Shown one piece after another: positions 48,420 to 62,473 of a DNA stretch of 64,000 bases. The DNA is from Octopus sinensis. Lineage: Eukaryota. The notes under the pieces are model-generated. The model searched no databases, was not told where the DNA came from, and saw only the letters and a list, made by a program, of their open reading frames with translations. A program made the position numbers and the translations under genes. The DNA lies in contig NC_043017.1 of the NCBI RefSeq assembly GCF_006345805.1, positions 3,472,001-3,536,000 of the forward strand, read 5' to 3'. Numbering within the stretch: position 1 is the stretch's first letter; each line of letters starts with the position of its first letter.

Positions 48420-48870
48420 ACTAACACCACCACTATCTTCATGTACTACTAATACTACATTATCTCACCGTCTATCACTAATACCCTCCCCATGTACTAA
48501 TACTCTACTACCCCCCCATGTATTACTACTACTACTACCCTACTACTCCATGTACTAATACTTTACTGCCCCTCACATACTAAGGCTCTACTACCCCCAT
48601 GTACTACTATTACTACTACTACTCCCCTTATGTACTAATGCTCCACTACCCCCTTGTACTACTACTACTACTCCCCTTATGTACTAATGCTCCACTACCC
48701 CCTTGTACTACTACTACTACTCCCCTTATGTACTAATGCTCCACTACCCCCTTGTACTACTACTACTTCCACTCTATTATCCCCCCATGTACTAATCCTC
48801 TACTACCCCTCCTATCACTACTCCCCTACCCCCTTGTACTACTCCCTCTGTCACCTTCATTATAACCCCT
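48420..48870 (+). repeat. (TAC)-rich low-complexity tract with a 49-bp unit x3.5 (about 48600-48770)
   Basis: CCTTGTACTAC recurs with period 49 (G at 48656, 48705, 48754); fills most of GNL1 intron 3. Confidence 0.85.
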
Positions 48871-48915
48871 TATATTTTATTACTAATTTTTATGTGTTTT
48901 CATTTTGTTATACAG

Positions 48916-49044
48916 AAAGATTTGGAAGTGGACCTTGAGACAATTTATTTACCCGGATCTGTGCTGGACATCCCCAAACGGCCACCGTGGGACTACAACC
49001 TATCAAAAGAACAACTGGATGCAAAAGAAGAAGAATATTTTAAG
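48916..49044 (+). CDS. GNL1: GNL1 exon 4 (KDLEVDLETIYLPGSVLDIPKRPPWDYNLSKEQLDAKEEEYFK)
   Basis: Matches the GNL1 motif PGSVLDFPRRPPWSY.MSKEQL. Acceptor ttgttatacag, donor AAG|GTTCTA, 129 nt. Confidence 0.96.
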
Positions 49045-49675
49045 GTTCTATTTGTTTATTTGTTTGTTTATTTATTGCTCTTTTGCTGAGCCCCCACCTC
49101 TCTGCACTTCTCTGCACCTTTTTCTTTCTTTCTGTTTCGTATCAGCTGGGGTTGTATTGATAGGCTGGCTGCAGTGGCTTTAAGCCTGTTCATCTCTTGA
49201 TTTGAAACACTACAAATAAGAGAGAAACGGAAAATCTGGTTCTAGCAACGTCTGCAAGGCATTACCGTTCAAAATGATCAAATGATCTTGACCACTGAGA
49301 CAGGCAGTGCACAGAACTTCAGAAATTGGTTTTGTAACTTCACTGTTCGGGGCTGAATCTTGATATAATGAAGGCCTGTCACATATATGTATATTCTTTG
49401 TTTTTTCTATTCTTTTATTTGTTTCAGTCATTTGACTGCGGCCATGCTGGAGCGCCATCTTTAGTCGAGCAAATCAACCCCAGGACTTATTCTTTGTAAA
49501 CCTAGTACTTATTCTATCAGTCTCTTGCCGAACCGCTAAGAGACGGGGACGTAAACACATCAGCATCGTTTGTCAAGTCATGTTGGAGGGACAAACACAG
49601 ACAAACAAACATATACATACATCATCATCATCATCGTTTAATGTCCGTTTTCCATGTTAGCATGGGTTGGACAGC

Positions 49676-49706
<31 letters not shown>

Positions 49707-49867
49707 ATATATTATGTGAATAGAAAGATGAATAATCTTGTAGTAGATTAATCAAAAGTTTAACCGATACCTTAGTAGCAAAAATCACAGCAGTAAACAG
49801 CACGGTTGGAGGTACAACCATCTGGCGTTTGCAACCGTGCGTTGGTGCGGATAATTGAAATTAAAAC

Positions 49868-50206
49868 ATTATTGGTGAATTGAAGAAATGGAGCTGAACG
49901 CAGATTGAACAGAAATCGTTTTATTTCATTCTACACGTGTTTCGAAAGGCACAAATTACCAAAATCCGATTGAATAATGGGACCATATTGTGTCTTTCTC
50001 TTCAGGAAGAAAAAAGGAAATCCGTTGGAAACACAAAAACAGAACAGAGGCGGAGCAAAAAACAAATCGAACTGTGCTCCTAAGAGCCCATGGCGAAATC
50101 CCATTATTCAATCGGATTTTGGTAATTTGTACCTTTCGAAACACGTGTAGAATGAAATAAAACGATTTCTGTTCAATCTGCGTTCAGCTCCATTTCTTCA
50201 ATTCAC

Positions 50207-50213
<7 letters not shown>
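49868..50213. mobile_element. Penelope-like remnant with 115-bp inverted arms between (TA)n tracts
   Basis: 49868-49982 is the reverse complement of 50099-50213 with one mismatch (C49950/A50131); 116-nt spacer; contains an HHR. Confidence 0.75.
49925..50012 (-). ncRNA. Type I hammerhead ribozyme with elongated stem II (Penelope-type)
   Basis: Minus strand: TTC-CTGAAGA(50005-49999)-GAAAG.CACAA[33 nt]TTGTG.CTTTC-GAAA-CACGTG-T-A-GAA. Palindromic stem III ACACGTGT; GUA cleavage between 49932 and 49931. Confidence 0.75.
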
Positions 50214-50253
<40 letters not shown>

Positions 50254-50782
50254 TATATGTGTGTGTATATATACGACGAGCTTCTTTCAGTTTCCTTGAG
50301 GAGACCTGTTGAGTCAAGTACGTCACCATCGCTTGACAACCGATGTTGGTGTGTTTCCCTGTAACTTAGCGGTTTGGCAAAAGAGACCAATAGAATGAGT
50401 ACTAGGCTTACAAAGAATAAATCCTGGGGTCGATTTCTTCAACTGAAAGGCAGTGCTCCAGCATGGCCACAATCCAATGACTAAAACAAATAAAAGAATA
50501 TATATATAGCTCTGTCTTGACATCTTGGGATGGTTGAAAATGAGCATCACTATCATTCTAGCAGTGTTGGTCATTTCCAGTATTCTGCAAAAACATGTCT
50601 GGCCACGGGGAAATATTAACTTGCTTGGAAACAGGAAGAGCATCCAGCTGTGGAAAACCCTCCTCTGTCTGACCAGTGCAAGCATGGGGAAAATGGACGT
50701 TAGATGATGATAATGAGGACAATAACTACATGGATTTTGAAATTTGATAGTAAATTATTGTTCCTATGTAAAAAAAAAAAAA

Positions 50783-51275
50783 TAAATGCGCCCTTTTTAA
50801 AGCCTAGCCAGGCTCATGGGCCCAGTTTCCCAGTTTCTATGGTATATGTGTTCCCCAGCTGGACGGGATGCCAGTCCATTGCAGCGTTACTCATTTTTGC
50901 CAGCTGAGTGGACTGGAGCAACGTGAAATGAAGTGTTTTGCTCATAAACACGTGTCGCCCAGTCCAGGAATCGAAACCACAATCTTACAATCATGATGCT
51001 GACACCCTAACCACTAAGCCACGCGCCTCCACTAAATGCGCCCTTTTCAAGCCTAGCCAGGCTCATGGGCCCGGTTTCCCAGTTTCAATGGCATATGTGT
51101 TCCCCAGCTGGATGGGACGCTAGTCCATCGCAGTGTTACACATTTTTTCCAGCTGAGTGGATTGGAGCAATGTGAAATGAAGTGTCTTGCTCAAGAACAC
51201 AACACGTCGCCCGGTCCAGGAATTGAAACCACAATCTTATGATCATGGTGCTGACAACCTAACCACTAAGCCACG
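50783..51275 (-). mobile_element. Two head-to-tail SINEs (family C-related): 50783-51032 and 51033-51275
   Basis: Two near-identical units joined with no spacer. Confidence 0.82.
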
Positions 51276-53559
51276 ATATTACCCACTGTGACAAAAGGAT
51301 GTTCTCATCATATGACAGGTAACACTGTAATTAAATTCACTTTCGGTGTTGCCTGTTTTATTAAATTATTTCATCATCATCATCACCATTGGCCATAGTG
51401 TGGTGTATTCATGGTCAATGGTTCATAAACAGCATTAAAAGATCACATGTACAGAAGTTGTTCGCCTTTTGGGACCCTCTCCCACACACACGCACACTCA
51501 AACACATAAACACACACACACAGACATGCACACACACATGCATGCACACACACCAAGTGTCATTGACACTAGGAAAATCAAATTAATGATGGAAAATTTC
51601 CAAAGTACACACTTTGGAATTCCATTGCTCTGGCTGTACCTAAACTTGCCAAGAAATTGCAGTTCTGTTAGAACAATAACCTAAATGATGGTTCTTAGTT
51701 AAATTACGTTCTCATCGTGAAACTGCAATTAATGAGGAGAACCTTCGTTAAAAGAACAAAAACCACTTGAAATGCTAGCTGTTGTTGTGTGTTTTCTCTT
51801 GTCATTTTGTCATTGACCAAATTATAGTCAGGATTGTCGTGTAGCACCAAATCAACACTGACCGAGCAAACTGTTTATGTACTTTTACTATTTCCAGTCA
51901 TTTGGCTGTGGCCATGCTGGAGCAGTGCCCTAATTCGAACAAGTCACGTAAATGACACCATTCGAGCATGATCGTTACCTGCGTCGCCTTACTAGCACCT
52001 GTGCCGGTGGCATGTGTAAAAGATTCGAGCGAGGTTGTTGCCAGTACTGCCTGACTGGCCCCGTGCCGGTGGCATGTAAAAGCACCCACTACACTCTTGG
52101 AGTGGTTGGCATTAAGAAGGGCATCCAGCTGTAGAAACTCTGCCAGGTCAAGATTGGAGCCTGGTGCAGCCATCTGGTTCGCCAGCCCTCAGTCATTCGT
52201 CCAACCCATGCTAGCATGGAAAGCGGACGTTAAACGATGATGATGATGATGATGATGATATTTTCATAATCAAATATTATTAGGAATTGTAAAAAAAAAT
52301 AAAAATTATCAAAATATTTTGTGTATTATACTAGTATAAGCAATTTATTGCAGATAAATTTTAACAACCAAATCTTATTTGGACCCCTAAGGGCTACATA
52401 AGGATCTCAGTTGAGAACCATAGCTCTACAGAGACACCTTCGAGGCCTCCCTAACATACACACACACACACGTACATATACATTCTCTATTTTTCTGTCT
52501 GTCTCTCTCTTTCTCATACACATGCTAGACTAGACGGGGAACTGGAGATCCTAAAACCCCCCTATTTTCCATTGTTGACATTTTCGTATAAATGTCAGCT
52601 CCTTTCTCTTTCTTATATTGTCTTTCATAAACTCTACGGAGCAGAGTTGTCAACTTGAGTACTGTTAACATACACCCATATAATTACTACTGGCAATAAA
52701 TTTAACACATACACACACACACACTTGATTGACTAACACACACCCACACTTAATTGACTGTCACACACACACAGTAAGAAACAGATACATACACAGAAGC
52801 ACTCACGAAAAACTGACAACACATTCATACAGCTAGACACATGCACGACGGAGACACATACAGTTATTTGTTCACATACACACACACACACAGACTCATA
52901 GGTACTAAGGTCCTCATACATAATGTATATAGTCAGACATATGCACACACACACATACGTATACACTTAATATGTAACAGTCACGAGGGTAACTTAAAAG
53001 AAACACCACCATCATCATCATCATCATTATAGACATTTCTATGAAGAATAAGGTTATACAACACTTCCTTCTCAGCTGTAGCCCACCACTAATACTAACG
53101 AGTTGATAATATCGTTTGCTATTTATGCCTTAGATACCCCCCCACACACACTCCTGAACAGCAACACTACTCCCACTAGCAGGAACACAATCAACACTGA
53201 CACTCCTAACGACCACCACCACTGCCACAACTATCTCTAAACAGAATTACCACCAAAAAACACAATCACTAAAATATATGCAAAAAATGACAGGATGTTC
53301 ATGGTTGGATTGTTTTTGACCATTGTCTACTCGGTCGTCAGTGACCTTGGGCTAAATGTCAACAGCAACCATGAACAAACGGACTTACAAACACTACTTT
53401 ATAAAGTTCTGTGTCCACTCGCTGGCTTTTTCTACTGCTACTGCAGTGTTTCCTGCTCCTCTGGATTATCCGAATGATGTAGTGACCCCCACCTCCTTTC
53501 CATTGTCCTCTCGTCACACTCTTACCATTGTCACATACGAAAGCATCTTTCCCCAATCT

Positions 53560-54599
53560 ACCACCACCACCACCTCCACCACCACTGAACCCACCACCAT
53601 CACCACGGCCATCTTCACCTCCACCACCATCACCACGACAACTACTATGACAACCGTTAGGCGAGCTGGCTGAATCGTTAGGACCCCGGGCGAAATGCTT
53701 AGCGGTATTTCGTCAGTCTTTATGTTCTGAGTTCAAATTCCGCCGAGGTCAACTTTACCTTTCATCCTTTCGGGATCGATAAATTAAGTACCAGTTACGC
53801 ACTGGGTCCGTTTGTCTGCCCTTGTTTGTTCCCTCTGTGTTTAACCCCTTGTGGGTAGTAAAGAAATAGGTTTTTCTTCTGCTGTTATGTTCTGAGTTCA
53901 AATTCCGCCGAGATCAACTTTGCCTTTCATCCTTTTGGTGGTCGATAAATTAAGTACCAGTTACACACTGGGGTCGATGTAATCGACTTAATCCCCTTGT
54001 CTGTCCTTGTTTGTCCCCTCTGTGTTTAGCCCCTTGTGGGCAATAAAAAAAATTAAACACTATGACAGCCATTATCACCATCATCGTAACCACCACCTCT
54101 ACCATCACCACTACCAAAATAGCAACCACCAACACTACCACCATCACCGTCATCATCATCATCACCATAACTACTACCTTGTCCATGATGGCCACCACTA
54201 CTACTATGATCACTGCTTTCCTTCCACATAAGCCACCTACATCTCCAACATCATCAAACCACCACAATAACCAATACCATTGCCGACACCACCACCATCA
54301 CCACAACCTCAACAAGTACCATCACCACTACAGCTACCACCACCCAAACCACAACCACCATCACCACCACCACCACCACCATGTCACCTAATATTGACTG
54401 CCACAATTTTTCATGGACCAAATCTAGACATTAAAAAGACTCCAGCTGATTGCACAAAGTGGTGGTGGTGGTGGTGGTGGTTGTGGTGGTGGTTGTGGTG
54501 GTAGTGGTGGTGGTGGTGGTGGTGGTGGTGGTGGTGGTGGTGTGGTGGTGGTTGTGGTGGTAGTGGTGGTGGTGGTGGTGGTGGTGGTGGTGGTGGTGG

Positions 54600-54630
<31 letters not shown>

Positions 54631-55330
54631 GGTGCTGGCAGAAGGGGGAGGTGAGTATCCAATAAAGAAAACAAAAGAAAAAACAGAACAATGGTTCTAT
54701 TAACACCTGTCTAGGACATGATCACTACCACCACCACCACTACTAACACCACCACCACTGTTGCGACTACCACCTCCCTGACTACCACCTTCACCATCAC
54801 CACCATTACTACCACCACAACCACAGCTACCACCCCTACCATCACTGCTACTACTACCACTGCAACCGCTGTCACCATCACCACTGTTACCGACAATCAT
54901 CACCACCACCACCACATCACTCTCAGCATCATAACTTCCACTACTACCACCACCACCACCACATCACTTCCATTAACACTATCATTACAGTCATCATAAC
55001 TTCCACCACTACCACCACCACCACCGCCGCATCCACAGCTAGTACCTGGTGTTGGCAAGGTAAATGACCACTCAACAACATCAACATCATTATCAACACC
55101 TGTCCTTTGTCCACTACCTCCTCCTCCTCCACAGGCACTGACATCATTAACTCCTTCCACTACCATATCGCAATTATCTCCGAATGCCAATACATCATCA
55201 TCATCGTCATCATCGTCATCACCTTCATTTCTATTACAACCAATTCCACAAACCCTAGGAATATCACTTCTGCTGTTATTATTATCATTACCATTCTGCC
55301 GAGGTGGAGTTAGGCATTCATCCTTTTGGG
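53560..55330. repeat. (CAC/ACC/CAT)-rich low-complexity region with a (GGT)n block at 54459-54634; two SINE B copies at 53663-54050
   Basis: Direct reading; source of the poly-T/H/V/W/P ORFs. Confidence 0.9.
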
Positions 55331-55430
55331 GTCGACAAAATCAGTGCTTTGAGCACAGGGTTCTATATAATTGACTTAACCCCTTCCTTGAAATTGCTGG
55401 CCTTGTGCCAACATTTGAAATCAGTATTAC

Positions 55431-55475
<45 letters not shown>

Positions 55476-55671
55476 ATCCGCCTTCACTAAGGCGGAGGTA
55501 TTGTTTTCACTTGTGTTTGTTTGTTTGTCCGTGGACAAGATGATATCTCAAGAACTGGCAGATAGATTCAGATGAAACTTTCAGGGACGTTTGGCCTCGT
55601 GACTGACACAAACTGATTAGATTTTGGGATCGATCCGGTACTGGACAAGGATTTTTGGATTATTTTCCCTA

Positions 55672-56060
55672 GTAGCTTGCTAACCAACCACATGGTTCCG
55701 GGTTCAGTCCCACTGCGTGGCATCTTGGGCAAGTGTCTTCTGCTATAGCCCCAGGCCGACCAATGCCTTGTGAGTGGATTTGGTAGACGGAAACTGAAAG
55801 AAGCCTGTTGTATATATGTATATATATATATATATATGTGTATGTGTGTGGTGTGTGTGTGTTTGTCCCCCTAGCATTGCTTGACAACCGATGCTGGTGT
55901 GTTTTCGTCCCCGTCACTTAGCGGTTTGGCAAAAGAGACTGATAGAATAAGTACTGGGCTTACGAAGAATAAGTCCCGGGGTTGATTTGCTCGACTAAAG
56001 GCGGTGCTCCAGCATGGCCGCAGTCAAATGACTGAAACAAGTAAAAGAGTAAAAAAGAGT
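55672..56060 (+). mobile_element. SINE family A, 5'-truncated
   Basis: Family A consensus. Confidence 0.85.
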
Positions 56061-56335
56061 AATATGTATATGTAAAGTTTCACATAGTTCTCTTGTACAC
56101 ATGCACACACATATACACATATACACTTTCAGCGTTGGACATTACCATCCCATTTCCATTGTACACACACACACATGTAAACATACCTCTCTTTTACATA
56201 CACACCTATACACACACTTCAAATGCTGTTTATTGATTTTTTTCACTCCTTCCCTCATTATTCATCCATCACCCCTTCCTTTCTCATTCATACAACACTT
56301 TATCTTCTCTACCTTCACACCTCTCATACCGGCTC

Positions 56336-56409
<74 letters not shown>

Positions 56410-56725
56410 GTATATCTGTGCTAATATATAAAAAGACAATGCTCATTAATATATTAGGAGATTATACATACATCTTAACACTTTACAGTATACTTACATA
56501 TATACATAGTTCTATACATCGATCTAAAACAACAGGATTACTAAAGGAAGACCAGAATTTAAGAGAAGAGAAAACTAAAAGGTCTCATGATATTCATTGA
56601 AGGATTATATTTCAGATATTCTCAGTTTAAAAATCATCTCCAGTTAATCGTTAAGAGGACATTGGTGTTGTGTTGGCGGAGGTTTGCACTCACTGAATGC
56701 TCGTTATTATTATGTTATTATTATT

Positions 56726-57890
56726 AAGGTGGTGAGCTGGTAGAATCGTTAGCACACTGGACGAAACACTTAGCGGTATTTTGCCCGTCAGCGAGCTGGC
56801 AGAAACGTTAGCACGCCTGGGTGAAATGCTTAGCGGTCTTCATCTGTCTTTACGTTCTGAGTTCAAATTCCGCTGAGGTTGACTTTGTCTTTCATCCTTT
56901 CAGGGTCGATAAATTAAGTAGCAGTTACGCACTGGGGTCGATATAATCGACTTAATGCCTTTGTCTGTCCTTGTTTGTCCCCTCTATGTTTAGCCCCTTG
57001 TGGGCAATAAAGAAATAAGTATTTTGCCCATTGCTCTTTTCTGATTTCAAATTCTGCTGAGGTTGACTTTGCTTTTCATCCTTTCGGGAGTCAATAAATT
57101 AAGTACCAGTGAAACACTGGGGTCAATGTAATCAACAATTCTCTCCCCACCAAAATGGCTGCCCTTTTAGCAAAATTTGAAACCATTATTACCATTCCCT
57201 CCCCTGCCTCGACTGGCACTAGTCCCTCTTCCTCAAATGTCAGGCCTTGTGCCTATACTACAATGGATTGTTAAGGTAGTGAGACGACAGAATTGTTAGC
57301 ATGCTGGGCAAAATGTTTAGCAGCTTGCTAACCAACCACATGGTTCCGGGTTCAGTCCCACTGCGGGGCATATATATATATTTGTGTGTCTGTGTTTGTC
57401 CCCCTAGCATTGCTTGACAACCGATGTGGGTGTGTTTACGTCCCAGTCACTTAGCGGTTCGGCAAAAGAGACCGATAGAATAAGTACTGGGCTTACAAAG
57501 AATAAGTACCGGGGTCAATTTGCTCGACTAAAGGCGGTGCTCCAGCATGGCCGCAGTCAAATGACTGAAACAAGTAAAAGAGTATTTTGTCCATCTTTAT
57601 GTTCTGAGTTGAAATTCTGCCGAGGTGGACTTTACCTTTCATCCTTTTGGGGGTTGAGGAAACAAGTACCACTTGAGTACTGGGGTCAACGTAATTGGCT
57701 TGTGCTTTCCTCCGAAATGTTGCAGCATTTCGTTAGTCTTTACATTTCGAGTTCAAATCCTGCTTAGGTTGACTTTGTCTTTCATCCTTTCAGGGTTGAT
57801 GAAATTAAGTACCAGTTGAGTGCTGGGGGGGGGGGTCAATGCAATCAACTTACCCCTTCTCCCTCGAAATTGCCGGCCTTGTGCTAAAAT
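56726..57890 (+). mobile_element. Nested cluster of SINE B copies with an internally deleted SINE A (about 57320-57582)
   Basis: At least five family B cores in the same orientation. Confidence 0.75.
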
Positions 57891-58642
57891 CTGAAGTTAT
57901 TATTATTATTATTACCAACATTAACCACCACCACCAAAGCCATCACCACCGAAACTACCACCACCAACAACAACATCACCACCAACACCATCATCATCAG
58001 AACTACAAAACTTGCACAAATACCAGCACTACCACCACTATCTCAACCCAAATCATTATTGGTACTGCAACGAGCACTGCAACCACTTCTGCAATTAACA
58101 CTGCCACTATCATAACCTACACTACCATTGCTACCACAACCAATACTACCACCTCTAACACAATCTGTACTATTATCACTAAAGTGAACTACAGCCTGGA
58201 CCACCACTACCACCATCACCACCACCACCACCATCATTTCCATCACATGATTATTATATTTTATGCATTGATTCCTGTATCTAAAGTTTTGACCAGGAGC
58301 CAGCTTCCTGTATAGAAGCAGTTTATATACATGCATACATACACACACACACACACACATGGACATACCTATACATACATATATATATTTATATGCTCTC
58401 TCACACACACATGTCCATGTTTGTGTGTTCGAATGAAACAAAAGAGCACTTAATATATGAAAATCTGTGATTTTATTCCTTTGTTACTCTGAGTTTCACT
58501 CAGACATGCAAAGTGTATGCAAGAGATAAGTTAGCTGATATTCAAACCCTTTTGTTACTCTATTTCTGTCGGAATACACAACCTTCGTTGACATTAATTT
58601 TCAAAATAACAAATAATTTATGAAAATAACTATAAATATTAA

Positions 58643-58865
58643 CCTTTTAGTGTTCAGATTACTCTGTTAAATGTAATGCTTTTTTTTATTTAAATTGTTT
58701 TGAATTAATCATGCATTATCTTATAGCTTTGAGGTTTCAATGATGTGATTGTTTATTTTCAGAATGACATTGTAGGTTAGGAGTGAGAGGCTAGATATGG
58801 CCAGTTTGAATATAAAACATGTAGAATATATTGGGCCAGATTTGGCCAGTTTAAACACCAAAGGG
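58643..58865 (-). mobile_element. piggyBac-type MITE (second family), complete
   Basis: TTAA at 58639-58642 and 58866-58869; ends CCTTTTAG / CCAAAGGG; related to 41942-42246. Confidence 0.8.
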
Positions 58866-59937
58866 TTAAACAGGTGTTTGGAACATAAATTAATAAGGAA
58901 TTTTGATGGAAGGTTTTGATTTAGACTTCTAAGTTGATGTGGTAGGTGGAAACTGAAGGAAGCCCATCATGTGTATGTATGTGTGTGTGTGTGAGAGAGA
59001 GTATATGTCTGTGTACATGTGTGTGTGTGTGTGTATACTTGTGAGTGCATGTATGTGTATATGAGTGTATGTCTGTATGTGTGAATGTATGTACAGGTGA
59101 GTGCGCGTGTGAGTGAGTGGGTATGTGAGTATGCGTATGTGTGTGTGTGAGTGCGTGTGTGTGTGTGTGTGTGTATGAGTACACATGTGTATGTTTGCCC
59201 GTGCACTGCCAACCCACGAGGCTTGCAGATATGACTGTCATCATCATACAAACAATATTGTTCATGTGAAACATGTCTAGCTGAGGGGAAATATCTACCC
59301 AGCTCAGTAACAGCAAACGAGGGTTGGTGACAGGAAAGGCATCCTCCAGCCATAGAAAATCTGCCTCAACAACATTCCATCTGTCCTATGCAACCACAGA
59401 AAAACGAACATTAAACTGATGATGATGATGATGGTTATGATGATAATACTTGTTCTAGATTTGCAGGATTTTATTAAAAACCACATATTTAAACTGCTAC
59501 CCTACCCCCAACCTACTACCCCCTTCGCTGTTCCACTTACATATCTTTTCTTTAGAAAGTTTATATTTTTGTGTGTCTGTATATGTGTGCTAATTTTATT
59601 CACTAATTATGTGTGTGTGTGTGTGTGTTGTAGTATTAGTTGTTATTTAGTTTATGCAGGTCAGGCCTGATCCAGTAGATTTATCTTTGTAAAAAGCATT
59701 CCAGCTGTGACATTTCCATCTGCTATTCAGACTTTGTGTATGCAACACTACATTATTTAATGAATCCTTCTTTTTTTTTTTTTTTGTAACACATTAGGTA
59801 TGAGATCTGAGGGTGATTTGGCTGCTAGTTCTAGTTGAGTTAATGACTACACGACAGCTCTCCACATGATTTGAGACATTTTCTTTGGCCTTTGGGTTCT
59901 TGGTCAACTGGTCAACTCTTCCCTTTGTGTGTGTGTG

Positions 59938-59974
<37 letters not shown>

Positions 59975-60357
59975 GGCGAGCTTGCAGAAATGTTAGCACG
60001 CCCGGGTGAAATGCTTAGCGGTATTTTGTCTGTCTTTATGTTCTGAGTTCAAATTCCGCCAAGGTCGACTTTGCCTTTCATCCTTTCAGGGTTGATAGAT
60101 TAAGTACCAGTTGCCTACTGGGGTTGATCTAATCGACTGCCCCCCCCCCCCAAATTTCGAGCCTCATGCCTGAATATATATATATATTTCTGTGAGAGTT
60201 AGAAATTGGGAAACCAACCAACTAAGGGATAGTGCCTATCCAATATACTGCTGGTAGTGTACCCAAGTATTCATACCCAAGTGCTGGTTATTGCGTGGCA
60301 ATCTCGCAGTTGAGTGTCATATATGGGCAGGAGTAAGCAAGTGGCTTACCCTTAATT

Positions 60358-60481
60358 TATATGGGAAATAAGAAAATGCAGAGAATATAAGACGGCATAC
60401 ATCATCCAGTAGACATTCCAGTGTGTCTACCAGATGATGTATGTTGTTTTGTATCATCTTGATTTTCTTATTTGCCATATA
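60358..60481. repeat. 124-nt imperfect hairpin (58-bp arms, 8-nt loop)
   Basis: 47 of 58 positions complementary, plus 4 G:U pairs on the plus strand. Confidence 0.85.
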
Positions 60482-60493
60482 TAATATATATAT

Positions 60494-60527
<34 letters not shown>

Positions 60528-60764
60528 AATATATATATATATATGACCCTGCCAGTGCAGATACCACTTAAAAGGCACCCAGTCCACACTTCAAAGTGGT
60601 TGGCATTTGGAAGGGCATCCAGCTGTGAAAAACCATGCCAAAAACAGACAGAAGTATCATGCAGGCTTCTGGCTAGCCAGCTCCTGTCAGACTGTCCAAC
60701 CCATGCCAGCATGGAAGGAGGACCTTAACTGATGATAATGATGATGATATATACATATATATAT

Positions 60765-61150
60765 AGGCGCAGGAGTGGCTGTGTGGTAAGTAGCTTGCTA
60801 ACCAACCACATGGTTCCGGGTTCAGTCCCACTGCGTGGCATCTTGGGCAAGTGTCTTCTACTATAGCCCCAGGCCAACCAATGCCTTATGAGTGGATTTG
60901 GTAGACAGAAACTGAAAGAAGCCTGTCGTATATATGTATATATATATATGTGTGTGTCTGTGTTTGTCCCCCTAGCATTGCTTGACAACCGATGCTGGTG
61001 TGTTTACGTCCCCGTCACTTAGTGGTTCAGCAAAAGAGACCGATAGAATAAGTACTGGGCTTACAAAGAATAAGTCCCGGGGTCGATTTGCTTGACTAAA
61101 GGTGGTGCTCCAGTATGGCCGCAGTCAAATGACTGAAACAAGTAAAAGAG
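60765..61150 (+). mobile_element. SINE family A, full length
   Basis: Complete head GGCGCAGGAGTGGCTGTGTGG to tail. Confidence 0.88.
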
Positions 61151-61834
61151 TATATGTGTGTCTGTGTGTCACAATTAGTGACAGTTGAATTCTTCTTTTT
61201 TTTGTTTTATATTTTGTATAGCCACCTTCATTATTTTATAATTTCCACTTTACCATTTTACTGAATCATCCATTGATTCATATGGTAAATACTGTATACT
61301 GACAGTCCGGATGTGACCAAACCATTCAATGAAGGAGTAATCATCACTGATGAGCATTAATTTCAAGTGAAACTAGAATTCTCACTTGCTGTGGGGAGGT
61401 TAGCTCCCCTGTCAGTACATAGACATGTGCTTCTTTGCAGCTAAGAGGGCTTTTACCTCTTATTTCTAGCAGTGTAGGTGCTACCCTGCGCCCTCAGTCA
61501 TTATTAGTGACAATCAAATTCTTCCTTTTTGGTTTTATATTGCTTATAGCCATCTTCATTATTTTATATATATATTTATATATAATACATATTCTTTTAT
61601 TCATTTACTTGTTTCAGTCATGTGACTGTGGCCATGCTGGAGCACTGCATTTAGTCGCTCAAACTGACCCCAGGACTTACCTTTTGTAAGCCTAGTACTT
61701 ATTCTATTGGTCTCTTTTGCCAAACTGCTAAGTTATGGGGATGTAAACACACCGACGTCGGTGTCAAGTGATGGGAGTGGGGACAAACACAGACACACAA
61801 ATACATACATACAAATATATATGTATATATATAT

Positions 61835-61882
<48 letters not shown>

Positions 61883-62434
61883 GCTTCTTTCAGTTTCTGT
61901 TTACAAGGTTTTTGCAATATATATATATATGCATGCATATGTACATAAGAGAGAGAGAGAGCAAAAAAATTGCAGGCAGACAGTGATGGCTTATCTCAGG
62001 ATGCTGGGTCCCATAGAAGAAGATAACAAAATAATAAAAAAAAAAACCCCTCTATAAAAAGGGAGACAGTTTATTGAAATGGATCGATCCAGCTCCCATC
62101 AGTATAGAAAAGCCAATATCATGATAATGATTATGGTACACGTACATGCTTATATATACACACACACACACATACATACACACACACACATACATGCACC
62201 ATGCACCCACATACCCTCTCTCCCACGCAGACACTCACAGACAGACCTATCTATCTAATCAATACCGTGTTCAGGTGGTTTGGTTCAATTATTTATGTAA
62301 ACGGTCATCAGCATTGATATCTGTTGCCAATAGCAACTGTTTGTTTACTTATTTAATTACTTTTATTCCCATTCTCTTTATTATATTTCGCCTTCCTTAT
62401 ATTATTATTATTATTACTATTATTATTATTATTA

Positions 62435-62473
<39 letters not shown>

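Noticed and set aside
54428-54650. Cryptic poly-Gly coding exon ending at the GTGAGT donor
   Set aside because: A 1-nt shift at about 54542 breaks the Gly frame; the acceptors are weak; GNL1 has no such insert.
61346-61385. CTGATGA-GC..GT-GAAA-CTAG minimal hammerhead-like motif
   Set aside because: The U16.1 position is A, and no stem I pairing is present.
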